This document shows positions 9,221-17,981 of a stretch of DNA of 47,761 nucleotides, in pieces (positions within the stretch are counted from its first letter, which is position 1; each line of letters begins with the position of its first letter). The stretch covers positions 7,885 to 55,645 of the forward strand of contig MHQR01000026.1 in NCBI GenBank assembly GCA_001820725.1, in the 5' to 3' direction. The position numbers and the translations under genes are program-made. Source of the stretch: Candidatus Sungbacteria bacterium RIFCSPLOWO2_01_FULL_54_21 (GTDB taxonomy: Bacteria; Patescibacteriota; Minisyncoccia; Sungbacterales; HO2-52-23). The notes under the pieces were generated by a model. The model saw only the letters and a program-made list of their open reading frames with translations, was not told the origin of the DNA and ran no database searches.

Positions 9221-11923
9221 TTAGCTCTTTGCGGCGATCGCCGTGGCGCGGTGTCTAGCGGGCATCCTGCGAAGCGTCTTTGCAAACGCCGCTTTTCCGT
9301 CGGCGACATCCGCGAGCACGGCATCCCCATCAACGATATGACCTCCGATAATCTCCTGCGCCAGCGGATCCAGAATCAATGTCTGTATCGCGCGCTTGAG
9401 CGGACGCGCGCCATACTGCGGATCATACCCTTTTTCCGCGACCATTTTTTTCAGGTCGTCGGAAAATGAAATCGCGATACCGCGCCCGGCCATGCGTCTC
9501 TCCACGCGCACCAGCTGCAGTTCCACGATGGCTCCGATGACTATTGGCGAGAGCGGCGAAAAAATTACGATCTCGTCCAGGCGATTGAGAAATTCCGGAC
9601 GGAAATAACGCTCGAGCGACTTCCTGATTTTTTCCTTCATGTCCTGCTCTTTGCGATCACGCGTGTCTTCGTCAGCGCTTGCGAATCCTATCTTGCTCAT
9701 CTCGCGTGAATATTCGCTTCCGATGTTGGATGTCATGATGATGATCGTATTTTTGAAATTCACCACACGGCCCTTGGCATCGGTGAGGCGTCCGTTGTCC
9801 AAAATCTGCAAGAGCACGTTGAATACTTCAGGATGCGCTTTTTCGATTTCGTCGAAGAGCACCACGGCGTACGGCCGGTGGCGGATGATTTCTGTCAGCT
9901 GTCCGCCTTCTTCATAGCCAACATATCCAGGCGGCGAGCCGATGAACTTCGACACGGTGTGCCGTTCCATATATTCGGACATGTCCACGCGCACGAGCGC
10001 TTTCTCGTCGTTGAACAGCATTTCCGCAAGCGCTTTAGCAAGTTCCGTTTTTCCGACGCCCGTGGGCCCGAGGAAAATAAACGACCCGATCGGGCGATTC
10101 TCTTCCCCAATGCCCGCTCTGCTGCGCCGCACGGCATTGGCGATTTTTTCAATCGCCTCTTCCTGGCCGATCACGCGGCGCTTGAGTTCGTCCTCAATCT
10201 TGAGCAGACGCGACGCCTCTGTCTCGAGGATCTTGGTCACCAGAATGCCCGTCCAGCGCGCCACGACCGCCGCGATATCCTCATCCGTTACCTCGCCCCG
10301 CGGAAGTCGCCGCGAGTTCTGCAAATCCTTCAAGGCGCTTTCCGCCTCATGCAGGCGTTTTTCGCTTTCCGGTATTTTGCCGTAGCGCAGTTCCGCCACT
10401 TTCCCGAATTCACCCGCGCGTTCGGCGATATCCGCTTCCTGGCGCGCAGTATCCAGCTCCTGCTTGAGCGCGCGTATTGACGTGATCGCCTCTTTTTCCG
10501 TTTTCCACGCCGTTTCCATCGCGGCCGTGTTCTGCTGGAAGTCCGCGATGTCCTTCTCGATCTTTTTCAAACGGTCTTTTGCTTTCTTGTCCGTAGCGTT
10601 TTTTAGGGCTTCGCGCTCGATTTCCAGAGACATGACCGCGCGGCGCGTCTCGTCGAGCTCCTTGGGCAGTGAATCCATTTCCAAACGCAGGGAAGACGCG
10701 GCCTCATCCATGAGGTCCACGGCCTTGTCCGGAAGAAAACGATCGGTAATATAGCGGCTGGAAAGGTGCGCGGCAGAGACCAGAGCGCCATCAGTAATCT
10801 TGATGCCGTGATGGGCTTCGTATTTCGGCTTGAGTCCGCGCAGAATCGCGATGGTATCATCCACCGTCGGCTCGTCCACGATCACGGGCTGAAAGCGGCG
10901 CGCAAGCGCCGGATCCCGCTCAATGTAGCGCTGGTATTCGCGCAGGGTCGTGGCGCCAATCGCGTGAAGCTCGCCGCGCGCAAGCGCGGGTTTAAGCATA
11001 TTTGACGCATCAATCGCGCCCTCTGCCGCACCCGCGCCCACAAGCGTATGCAATTCATCAATGAAGACGATATATTTTCCTTCACCTCGTTCGATCTCGC
11101 GCAGGATCGCCTTGAGACGATCTTCAAATTCACCGCGGTATTTGGTGCCCGCGACAATCGCCGCCAGATCTACGGAAATCAGTTCCTTGTCCTTGAGCGT
11201 CTCCGGCACGTCGCCCGAGACAATACGCTGGGCAAGGCCCTCCACGATCGCGGTCTTTCCCACGCCCGCCTCTCCGATGAGCACGGGGTTGTTTTTCGTC
11301 CGGCGCGATATCACTTCCATCACGCGGCGTATCTCAATACTTCGCCCCACGACTGGATCGAGCTTTTCTTGCTTGGCCAAGCGCGTCAGATTCTTGGCAT
11401 ATTTCTCAATGACGTTGTATTTGGTCTCCGGCTCCGGATCCGTAATGCGCTGGCCGCCGCGCAATTCCGACAGCGCTTTCTGCACGCTGTCTTTGCTTAA
11501 TCCGTGTCTCCCGAGCAGTTCTTTGGCGCGCGAGGGTATTTCCAAAAGCGCCAGGAACAGGTGTTCGGTTGAAATAAATTCGTCTTTGAGCTGTGCGGCT
11601 TCCCGATGCGCCTGCTCAATCACCTTTGCTAAATCCTGCGTCAGATACACCTGTCCGAGCGGGGTCGCGATCATGGCGCCGCGCGGCATGGCATCCAGCG
11701 TCTCCAGCAGGCGGTCGGCAAACGCGGAAATATCTATCTCTAGTTTTTCGAGAATCGCGTCCACCGTTCCCTCTTCCTGCAGAACAAGAGACGTGGTTAG
11801 ATGCAGAACATCAATCTGTTGATGCGACCGCTCGAGCGCCAAGTCATGCGCTTTCTTGAGCACTTCCTGGGCTTTGATCGTGAATTGATTGTACGGAGGC
11901 ACAGCCCCTGGTCCGATTGGCAT
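9221..11923 (-). CDS. clpB: ATP-dependent chaperone ClpB
   Basis: Two AAA+ modules with Walker A GEAGVGKT and GPTGVGKT, a long middle coiled coil, 900 aa. Confidence 0.95.
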   Translation of the reverse strand: MPIGPGAVPPYNQFTIKAQEVLKKAHDLALERSHQQIDVLHLTTSLVLQEEGTVDAILEKLEIDISAFADRLLETLDAMPRGAMIATPLGQVYLTQDLAKVIEQAHREAAQLKDEFISTEHLFLALLEIPSRAKELLGRHGLSKDSVQKALSELRGGQRITDPEPETKYNVIEKYAKNLTRLAKQEKLDPVVGRSIEIRRVMEVISRRTKNNPVLIGEAGVGKTAIVEGLAQRIVSGDVPETLKDKELISVDLAAIVAGTKYRGEFEDRLKAILREIERGEGKYIVFIDELHTLVGAGAAEGAIDASNMLKPALARGELHAIGATTLREYQRYIERDPALARRFQPVIVDEPTVDDTIAILRGLKPKYEAHHGIKITDGALVSAAHLSSRYITDRFLPDKAVDLMDEAASSLRLEMDSLPKELDETRRAVMSLEIEREALKNATDKKAKDRLKKIEKDIADFQQNTAAMETAWKTEKEAITSIRALKQELDTARQEADIAERAGEFGKVAELRYGKIPESEKRLHEAESALKDLQNSRRLPRGEVTDEDIAAVVARWTGILVTKILETEASRLLKIEDELKRRVIGQEEAIEKIANAVRRSRAGIGEENRPIGSFIFLGPTGVGKTELAKALAEMLFNDEKALVRVDMSEYMERHTVSKFIGSPPGYVGYEEGGQLTEIIRHRPYAVVLFDEIEKAHPEVFNVLLQILDNGRLTDAKGRVVNFKNTIIIMTSNIGSEYSREMSKIGFASADEDTRDRKEQDMKEKIRKSLERYFRPEFLNRLDEIVIFSPLSPIVIGAIVELQLVRVERRMAGRGIAISFSDDLKKMVAEKGYDPQYGARPLKRAIQTLILDPLAQEIIGGHIVDGDAVLADVADGKAAFAKTLRRMPARHRATAIAAKS

Positions 11924-12162
11924 AAAGTACCCCTATTATATCAGGTTTTTTGAAAAGTCAATAGATGCGATACCTATAACACGGTCTGCCATCCTTTCCT
12001 ACAATAAAACGATTGCCGACACAAAAATGTTTGTAAAATTTTTCAGGCGCGGATCCCGGAGAACCCGCGCCTGTACTGCTGTCCTAAACTTTTGCGGTTA
12101 GGATGTCCGCTCCTCCTTCCATTACTCCGAAGGCCTCTAGCATGATCCTGCGGAGGGTCGGA

Positions 12163-12303
12163 TCATACTTGCCACTCTTCTGGTTCGCGGTCCGTCTCAT
12201 GCATAAACGTGAGAGCAGACCCGATTACATCAGCGTAATCCGCGGCCTTCCTCGGCCCGTACCCTGCAGCCGCGAACTTTGCCAGTAGATCGTTAATCGG
12301 CAT
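12163..12303 (-). CDS. small hypothetical protein (46 aa)
   Basis: ORF 12163..12486 trimmed to MPINDLLAKFAAAGYG. AAGGAG lies 7 nt upstream of this ATG. The longer N-terminus would run through the htrA terminator. Confidence 0.35.
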   Translation of the reverse strand: MPINDLLAKFAAAGYGPRKAADYADVIGSALTFMHETDREPEEWQV

Positions 12304-12437
12304 AGACCAACTCCTTACCCATTGCCGCATCTTGCGGACTTGGGCAAAAGAGGGTACTGCGGTGGCATGCCAATCCGCGATATGCCCAATAAAAGATCGT
12401 GTCGCCACACGACACCATTCATATATTTTAGTCAAGA

Positions 12438-12473
12438 GATCAAAAAACGCCTTAAGTAAGGCGTTTTTTGATC
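12438..12473. terminator. terminator downstream of htrA
   Basis: GATCAAAAAACGCC-TTAAGTAA-GGCGTTTTTTGATC, 14-bp arms including A/T runs. Confidence 0.7.
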
Positions 12474-12489
12474 CTCTCCCCGCCATCCC

Positions 12490-13764
12490 CTACTTCCTCT
12501 CCTCCAACTTTGCTTTTGCCTCAAACTCCCTGCCATCGCGGAATATTTTGAGCGTGATGTCGTCTCCTGCCTGATATTTCTGTAGAATCGTCGCGAGCGC
12601 GTGTTGGACGTCAATGCGCTCCCCATTGAGTTCCATGATGATATCGCCCTCTTTCAGGCCTGCTTTTTCAGCAGGACTCCCCTTCACGACAGCCAGGTCT
12701 TGCGTCGCACCCACGAGCAGTACGCCGTAATCACGTCCGAGTTTTTTCTCTTCTGCCAACTCCTTGGTTACGAGTTGATAGCGGACCCCCAGAAACGGAT
12801 GGATGATCTTGCCAAACTTTTTCACACTCTCCAAATCGTGTTTCGCCTTGTTGATCGGGATGGCAAATGCGATATTTTCAGCGCCTTGGGCCATCGCGGT
12901 ATTGATACCTATGACCTCTCCGCGCAAATTGAGCAAAGGGCCGCCGGAATTGCCCGGATTGATGGCCGCGTCCGATTGTATCAATTCTTGCAATTCTTCC
13001 GAGCCGACGCCGGGAGCGGACGCGACGACCGAACGCTGAAGTCCGGATACCACGCCCACGGATACGGTATTCCTGAACTCTCCCAGCGCATTGCCGATGG
13101 CAATTACGCTTTGCCCTATTTTTATACCGCCTGAATCGCCAAGCCGCGCTATGGGCAGATCAGAGCCCTCGATTTTCAAAATGGCAATATCCTGCAGAGG
13201 ATCGCGCGCGAGCACGCGCACCGCCTTTTTTCTGCCGTCGTTGAGAAATACGGTAAACTCCGCTTCGGCGTCGGATACCACGTGCTTGTTGGTCACAATC
13301 AATCCGTCTGAAGACGCGATAAATCCCGTGCCCGAAGACACCTCCTGCTTCTCGGTTCCCTTTTGGCGGAACTGCGGTATCTGCACGCCGGAGCCGTTAC
13401 CAAAGAACTGGCGATAAAAGGGATCATCCGCAAAAGGATCCACGTAGTATCGCTCGATCACCGGCACGTCTTTGGTCGCCACAATGCTCACCACCGCAGG
13501 CGACATTTCTTCCACCACTTTGACGACCAGTTCGTCCTGCCGCACTATCCGCTCCGTGGTTTCTTTTTCCGTAACCGTCTCCCTGATGCGCTCTAGAATG
13601 CCGGGCTTGTTGAATTGAATTGGACCGCCTGCGGCGTCTCCCGTGCCCAAAAGCGGACCCAGCAAACCGAGCGACAGCACCGTGCCTATGACGGACACTA
13701 TGAGACTCAACAGCACCGTGAAGAGCACGATTTGTCGGGTTGTCGGCTGTTGTTCGTCTCTCAT
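12490..13764 (-). CDS. htrA: HtrA/DegP-family serine protease with PDZ domain
   Basis: N-terminal TM helix. Catalytic triad context TNKHVV .. DIAILK .. GNSGGPLLN. C-terminal PDZ-like GLKEGDIIMELNG. Confidence 0.9.
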   Translation of the reverse strand: MRDEQQPTTRQIVLFTVLLSLIVSVIGTVLSLGLLGPLLGTGDAAGGPIQFNKPGILERIRETVTEKETTERIVRQDELVVKVVEEMSPAVVSIVATKDVPVIERYYVDPFADDPFYRQFFGNGSGVQIPQFRQKGTEKQEVSSGTGFIASSDGLIVTNKHVVSDAEAEFTVFLNDGRKKAVRVLARDPLQDIAILKIEGSDLPIARLGDSGGIKIGQSVIAIGNALGEFRNTVSVGVVSGLQRSVVASAPGVGSEELQELIQSDAAINPGNSGGPLLNLRGEVIGINTAMAQGAENIAFAIPINKAKHDLESVKKFGKIIHPFLGVRYQLVTKELAEEKKLGRDYGVLLVGATQDLAVVKGSPAEKAGLKEGDIIMELNGERIDVQHALATILQKYQAGDDITLKIFRDGREFEAKAKLEERK

Positions 13765-13774
13765 GGAAAATGAT

Positions 13775-13993
13775 TCATATCGCCTCCACGTTCTCTACGC
13801 CTTCCACGCGCTCTTTGAGCAATGCCTCAACGCCTGCCTTGAGCGTCAATTGCGAAAGCGGACAATGCGTGCACGTGCCGAGCATGCGCACATACACCGT
13901 CCCCCCTTCAAATTTCACAAATTCAATGTCTCCCAAATGCTGGGCAATGTACGGGCGTATTTCCTGCAATGCGCTTTCTATGGCAGAACTCAT
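13775..13993 (-). CDS. NifU C-terminal-domain (Nfu-type) Fe-S protein
   Basis: 72 aa. IRPYIAQHLGDIEFVKFEGGTVYVRMLGTCTHCPLS carries the CxxC motif typical of Nfu. Confidence 0.8.
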   Translation of the reverse strand: MSSAIESALQEIRPYIAQHLGDIEFVKFEGGTVYVRMLGTCTHCPLSQLTLKAGVEALLKERVEGVENVEAI

Positions 13994-14325
13994 ACGAATA
14001 CCTTTCCTATTATATATTGCTTAGGCACCGGGCCAAAATCATCGCTCGATGACGCCCACGACACGGTCCCTTCCATTATATACCCTGTGTCAAGAATTTC
14101 CCGCACGCGTTTTATATATATAGTGCCGGGCTCATGCGGATGACGAAATACCGCCCAATCGCTCGTTCGTGGAACAAAAAGCCCGGACGCGAGGTAACGC
14201 CTGCCGGGAACGAGCATGGGCCATCCGCTCTCCCCTTGCACACGGACGATGAATAGCGCTCTATTGAAGTGAGACTTCAATAATAGATCAGAATAGTTTT
14301 TCAGTGAGTGCCTTATACACTTCAT
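13990..14325 (-). CDS. sodX: S26-type peptidase, probable Ni-SOD maturation protease
   Basis: GESGWPML (Ser box), IYIKRV (Lys box) and SSDDFGPVP (S-x-D-S-R-x-F-G-P-like box). Immediately downstream of sodN. Start is uncertain because the ORF overlaps the sodN 3' end. Confidence 0.55.
   Translation of the reverse strand: MKCIRHSLKNYSDLLLKSHFNRALFIVRVQGESGWPMLVPGRRYLASGLFVPRTSDWAVFRHPHEPGTIYIKRVREILDTGYIMEGTVSWASSSDDFGPVPKQYIIGKVFV
14263..14281. promoter_or_regulatory. palindrome ATTGAAGT-GAG-ACTTCAAT
   Basis: 8-bp arms, 7 nt past the sodN stop. Same TTGAAGT-N3-ACTTCAA core as upstream of sufS (16785..16807). No T-run, so not a classical terminator. Confidence 0.4.
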
Positions 14326-14788
14326 ACCGACCGCCCACCCCTTTTGCCTCATAAAATATTTTTGCGATATCATCCACCGCCACAATCAGCTCACGCGCGT
14401 GTTCCTCGCTCACATCCTGCTTATTTGTCGAGCAGAGTTTCGCGGCTTTCCAAAACATATCGTGGAGCTGGGGAAATTTCTCCAGATGCTCGGGCTTGAA
14501 AAAGTCCGTCCAGAGGATCAAGAGTTCCTTTTTGCACAACTCCGCGTGTTGTTCTTTCACCGCGATCCTGCGCATCATGCTGTTGGCAAATGACTTCATC
14601 ACCGCATAGTCAAACTTCATCGGAAATCCAACAGGCGGATGCAATTCGCCAATCTGCAGTACCATCCGCAATATGGTCATTGCCGCAATTTTTGCCGACG
14701 CCGGCTCATAGATGCCGCAGGGGATATCGCAATGCGCTTGGGCGCCCACAGCCGGAAGTATCTTGGAAAAAGAGTGGATGAAATCCAT
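14288..14788 (-). CDS. sodN: nickel-containing superoxide dismutase precursor
   Basis: Ni-hook HCDIPCGIY after an 18-aa leader. KEQHAELCKKELLILWTDFFKP matches the Streptomyces SodN helix 2-3 region. Confidence 0.9.
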   Translation of the reverse strand: MDFIHSFSKILPAVGAQAHCDIPCGIYEPASAKIAAMTILRMVLQIGELHPPVGFPMKFDYAVMKSFANSMMRRIAVKEQHAELCKKELLILWTDFFKPEHLEKFPQLHDMFWKAAKLCSTNKQDVSEEHARELIVAVDDIAKIFYEAKGVGGRYEVYKALTEKLF

Positions 14789-14797
14789 AAAACAAGG

Positions 14798-15079
14798 TTA
14801 AGGATATATCTGCTTGCCTTCTTCATCATACACGATAATCGCCTGGGTGGGACAGGACTTGGCCGCGAGTAAAAGCATTTCGTCGTCAACGCCCTGGTCT
14901 TCCAGATCCGCGCGCGCGGTCGCATCCGAGGTCGGCGGCATTGCCTTGCGCCGCAAAACCGCTTTATTATCCGGATCCAGCTCAAACGTACTCGGCGCTA
15001 CCGCAATGCACGAGGCCGCGCCGATGCAGAGATTGCGGTCTATCATGAGTTTTCCAATCTTGATTTTTTCCGTGTCCAT
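14798..15079 (-). CDS. small ferredoxin
   Basis: IDRNLCIGAASCIAVAP ... AAKSCPTQAI. Start set to MDTEKIK to avoid overlap with sufU. Confidence 0.7.
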   Translation of the reverse strand: MDTEKIKIGKLMIDRNLCIGAASCIAVAPSTFELDPDNKAVLRRKAMPPTSDATARADLEDQGVDDEMLLLAAKSCPTQAIIVYDEEGKQIYP

Positions 15080-15083
15080 ATAT

Positions 15084-15452
15084 TTATAGAAGCGTCGTAG
15101 CACTTTTCAATGCCTCGTACGGCAGGAGCAGGCATTTCAGGCGGCCGGGAGACGGGGCCTCGCCGTAGATCTGCAAAAGATCCTCTGCCGAAAATTTTCT
15201 TAGGTCATCCGATGTCTTGCCCTGCACAGCTTCGCATAGAATATCCGCAGATGCCGTCATGAGGGCACATCCCTGTCCGTCAAAGCGGGCTTCAGCCACC
15301 TGGCTTTTTTCGTCATTCAGCCGCAAAAACAATGCGATCTCGTCCCCGCAAAATGAGTTTATCTTTTCCGCCTGCGCATGGGGATTTTTTATAACCCCTT
15401 TATATCGCGGAAAACGATATCGCTCAATTATTTCCTGCCGATACAGCGTCAT
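15084..15452 (-). CDS. sufU: SufU/IscU-type Fe-S scaffold
   Basis: NSFCGDEIALFL ... DGQGCALMTASADIL, the conserved Cys set of NifU-N/SufU proteins. Confidence 0.85.
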   Translation of the reverse strand: MTLYRQEIIERYRFPRYKGVIKNPHAQAEKINSFCGDEIALFLRLNDEKSQVAEARFDGQGCALMTASADILCEAVQGKTSDDLRKFSAEDLLQIYGEAPSPGRLKCLLLPYEALKSATTLL

Positions 15453-16707
15453 GAGACAGCGATACGGGTATGGCGCTAAGTTTTTTCTGCACGGTTTTCA
15501 GAACATCGGCAAACAGTTCTATATCGTCCATGTCATTGTACACCGAGAAGCTCGCGCGGCACGATGCGGGAATGCCAAGTTTTTTGTGGAGCGGGCGCGC
15601 GCAGTGATCGCCCACGCGAATCATGACCCCTGCTTCGTTGCACAATGACCCGATGTCATGCGGGTGCACGCCCGCAAGCGTGAACGCCAGCACACCGCTC
15701 CGGTCCTCCGCGTCCATGGGGCCAAGGAAAGAAATACCTGGAATATCGGCCAGGCGATGGCGCGCGGCCGTCAAAAGCATTTTTTCGTGATCGCGCACAT
15801 TGTCCATGCCAAGGTCCATCAGGTATTTCACTGCCGCGCCAAACCCTATCGTGCCGGCGATATTGGGCGTGCCTGCCTCAAACTTCAGCGGCGGAGCACG
15901 ATACGTCGCGCGCGTAGACATCACGTCATCAATCATGTGGCCGCCTACCATAAACACCGGCATTTTTTCCAAGAGTTCATATCTGCCCCACAAAATACCA
16001 ATACCGGTGGGTCCCAACATCTTGTGCGATGAAAACGCGAAAAAGTCGGCGCCAAGATCCTGCACATTGATCGGCAAGTGCGGCGCTGACTGCGCGCCGT
16101 CCACTGCAACGATAACGCCCGCCTCATGCGCAATGGCCGCGATCTTTGCAATCGGATTGATGGTGCCGAGCACGTTGGACACATGCGTCAGCGAGATCAG
16201 TTTTATGTTTCGCTCTTTGAGAAATGTCCCAAACGTTGCCGCATCCCACACCAATGCGCCGGTTGCACTATCAATCGGAATAAAATGAAGCGTAATGCCT
16301 TTTCTACGCGCGAGCTCCTGCCACGGAATCAGATTGCCGTGGTGCTCCATTTCTGTCAGCAAAATCCCCTCTCCTGTTTTGATAAAATGCTCGGCGTATG
16401 TGCGCGCGAGCATATTGAACGATTCCGTGGTGTTGCGGGTAAAAATAATCTCGTCCGCGCGGGGCGCATGAATCAACTGCGCCACCATCGCACGCACGCC
16501 CTCGTATTCTTCGGTCGCGCGTTCGGCAAGCGAATATGCCGCTCGATGAACATTGGTGGAATACGCTTCGTAGTATTCCTTTACCGCGTCAATCACCACG
16601 CGGGGCTTGAGCGAGGTGGCCGCAGAATCCAAATAGCAAAAAAGCCCGGTGCCCGCATACCGCCCGTATATCGGAAAATCTTTCCGTATCGCTTTGCCAA
16701 AATCCAT
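15424..16707 (-). CDS. sufS: cysteine desulfurase
   Basis: PLP-lysine context FSSHKMLGPTGIG and active-site RVGDHCARP. 427 aa. Confidence 0.9.
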   Translation of the reverse strand: MDFGKAIRKDFPIYGRYAGTGLFCYLDSAATSLKPRVVIDAVKEYYEAYSTNVHRAAYSLAERATEEYEGVRAMVAQLIHAPRADEIIFTRNTTESFNMLARTYAEHFIKTGEGILLTEMEHHGNLIPWQELARRKGITLHFIPIDSATGALVWDAATFGTFLKERNIKLISLTHVSNVLGTINPIAKIAAIAHEAGVIVAVDGAQSAPHLPINVQDLGADFFAFSSHKMLGPTGIGILWGRYELLEKMPVFMVGGHMIDDVMSTRATYRAPPLKFEAGTPNIAGTIGFGAAVKYLMDLGMDNVRDHEKMLLTAARHRLADIPGISFLGPMDAEDRSGVLAFTLAGVHPHDIGSLCNEAGVMIRVGDHCARPLHKKLGIPASCRASFSVYNDMDDIELFADVLKTVQKKLSAIPVSLSHDAVSAGNN

Positions 16708-16784
16708 ATTTCTATCTTAACCCCGCGCCCCCTCCTGTCAAACTTTATCGAAGTCGAACTTCAATATGGAACCTCTGTTTGAAC

Positions 16785-16825
16785 TGTTTGAAGTTCCACT
16801 TCAAACAGAAGTTCCACTTCAAACA
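16785..16825. promoter_or_regulatory. operator-like palindrome plus tandem half copy upstream of sufS
   Basis: TGTTTGAAGT-TCC-ACTTCAAACA (16785-16807, 10-bp arms) followed directly by GAAGTTCCACTTCAAACA (16808-16825). A weaker GAAGT-CGA-ACTTC is at 16750-16762. Lies 80-120 nt upstream of the sufS ATG. Confidence 0.45.
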
Positions 16826-16913
16826 AAAAATGCCTCACCTGAAAGCGCTCCGCATCACATCGGAACGCACTCGGGTAAGGCGGGAGCGGCACACATACAC
16901 GCTCACTAGTTAG

Positions 16914-17213
16914 TCAGCCGACGGAGCACACACCCTCTGCCTCTGCCTCGATGAGCGCGCTCATCGAGGCCTCGGCCATGCGACGCATACTCCCGACGGT
17001 ATCAATACTGCGGACGTCGAGCGTAGCATACGCCGTGTAGACCGGGAACTCAGGGGAACGTTGCTCATCACTCCATATGATGAGTACAGCGTTCTTCCGG
17101 CCCACAAACGCCTCACTGAGCCGAAGCTCATACTTGAGGCCATATTGTGGGTGCGTCCCCGTCAAACCCATGCCCGCTCCGGTCAACTCCTGTAAAAATT
17201 CTACTAAATCCAT
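16914..17213 (-). CDS. hypothetical protein (99 aa) splitting the suf cluster
   Basis: AAAGGAG 6 nt before the ATG. No motif recognised. Flanked by about 200-nt non-coding spacers on both sides. Confidence 0.5.
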   Translation of the reverse strand: MDLVEFLQELTGAGMGLTGTHPQYGLKYELRLSEAFVGRKNAVLIIWSDEQRSPEFPVYTAYATLDVRSIDTVGSMRRMAEASMSALIEAEAEGVCSVG

Positions 17214-17416
17214 AATCGCTCCTTTCTGTGGCGATTAGGGTTTACCTATCAACGAACCGTACAGGCGACAACTATCAATCAAAATAGTAAAAAATGCGTG
17301 AAGATTTATTTGCAACCTGAACGGTTCGCTGATGAGTTTTTGAAAGGAACTATGTACTAATTATACATCCCAGCAATGGTTTTGTCAATAGTTTGTTTAC
17401 ATTGAAAACGCTTTAT

Positions 17417-17980
17417 CTAAGCCGTTTTTGGTATAGCGAGGAAGCCCTCTGTGGTGAGACGCTCCGCTTGCTCCCGTGGGAGGCCCCGAGATTGGAGGTA
17501 GAAGAGCTGATCCTGGTCTATTTTGCCCACCGATGCCGCGTGGCCGAGGGACGCCACATCTTTGGTGAGCACTTCCAGGCGCGGAATGGGCTTTGCCCTG
17601 GCTGATGGAGAAAGGAGCAACGCTTTGTACGCCAAAAATCCCCGCGCTTCTGCTGCGCTCTCCTCCACGCGAATCAAACCGTCAAATAAAGAAAAAGACG
17701 CGTCGGAAAGTGCGGAGCGAAAATCAATCATGGCGCTCGTGCGCGGGGCTTGCTGGATGATGCGTAATATTATTTCCTGCCGCTCCTTGCCCGTTCCCCG
17801 AAATCGTCCGATTACTTCCAACGACGCATCGGGTCCCATGAGCAGGATATCCAGCGTCAATTTCCGCGGCCCTTCAATAAAAACTATCGCGCTCCCCTGC
17901 TCTTGTATCTTGATCCTCTCTTCTTCGGCCCTTTTATCGAGCCGAATTGTTTTTTCTTCTCCTTGTGCAACAACCAGCAT
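17417..17980 (-). CDS. sufD: short SufD-like protein
   Basis: C-terminal FYLQSRGLPREQAERLTTEGFL is the SufB/D signature. Only 187 aa. Directly follows sufB. Confidence 0.7.
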   Translation of the reverse strand: MLVVAQGEEKTIRLDKRAEEERIKIQEQGSAIVFIEGPRKLTLDILLMGPDASLEVIGRFRGTGKERQEIILRIIQQAPRTSAMIDFRSALSDASFSLFDGLIRVEESAAEARGFLAYKALLLSPSARAKPIPRLEVLTKDVASLGHAASVGKIDQDQLFYLQSRGLPREQAERLTTEGFLAIPKTA

Positions 17981-17981
17981 A

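Noticed and set aside
12304-12486. Full 107-aa ORF 12163..12486 considered as a gene.
   Set aside because: Its first third runs through the htrA terminator hairpin. Only the last 46 codons have an RBS, and even that call is low confidence.
16776-16825. CRISPR-like direct repeats (GAAGTTCCACTTCAAACA twice).
   Set aside because: There are only two adjacent units with no spacers and no cas genes. It is better explained as a palindromic operator with a partial duplication.
16845-16890. Possible degenerate fifth R-type copy downstream of the 99-aa gene; the minus strand reads GCCGCTCCCG..CCGATGTGATGCGGAGCGC.
   Set aside because: Only the 9-nt CCGCTCCCG block and a loose CGATGT match are present, with no 3' arm. 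It may simply be a local hairpin or terminator.
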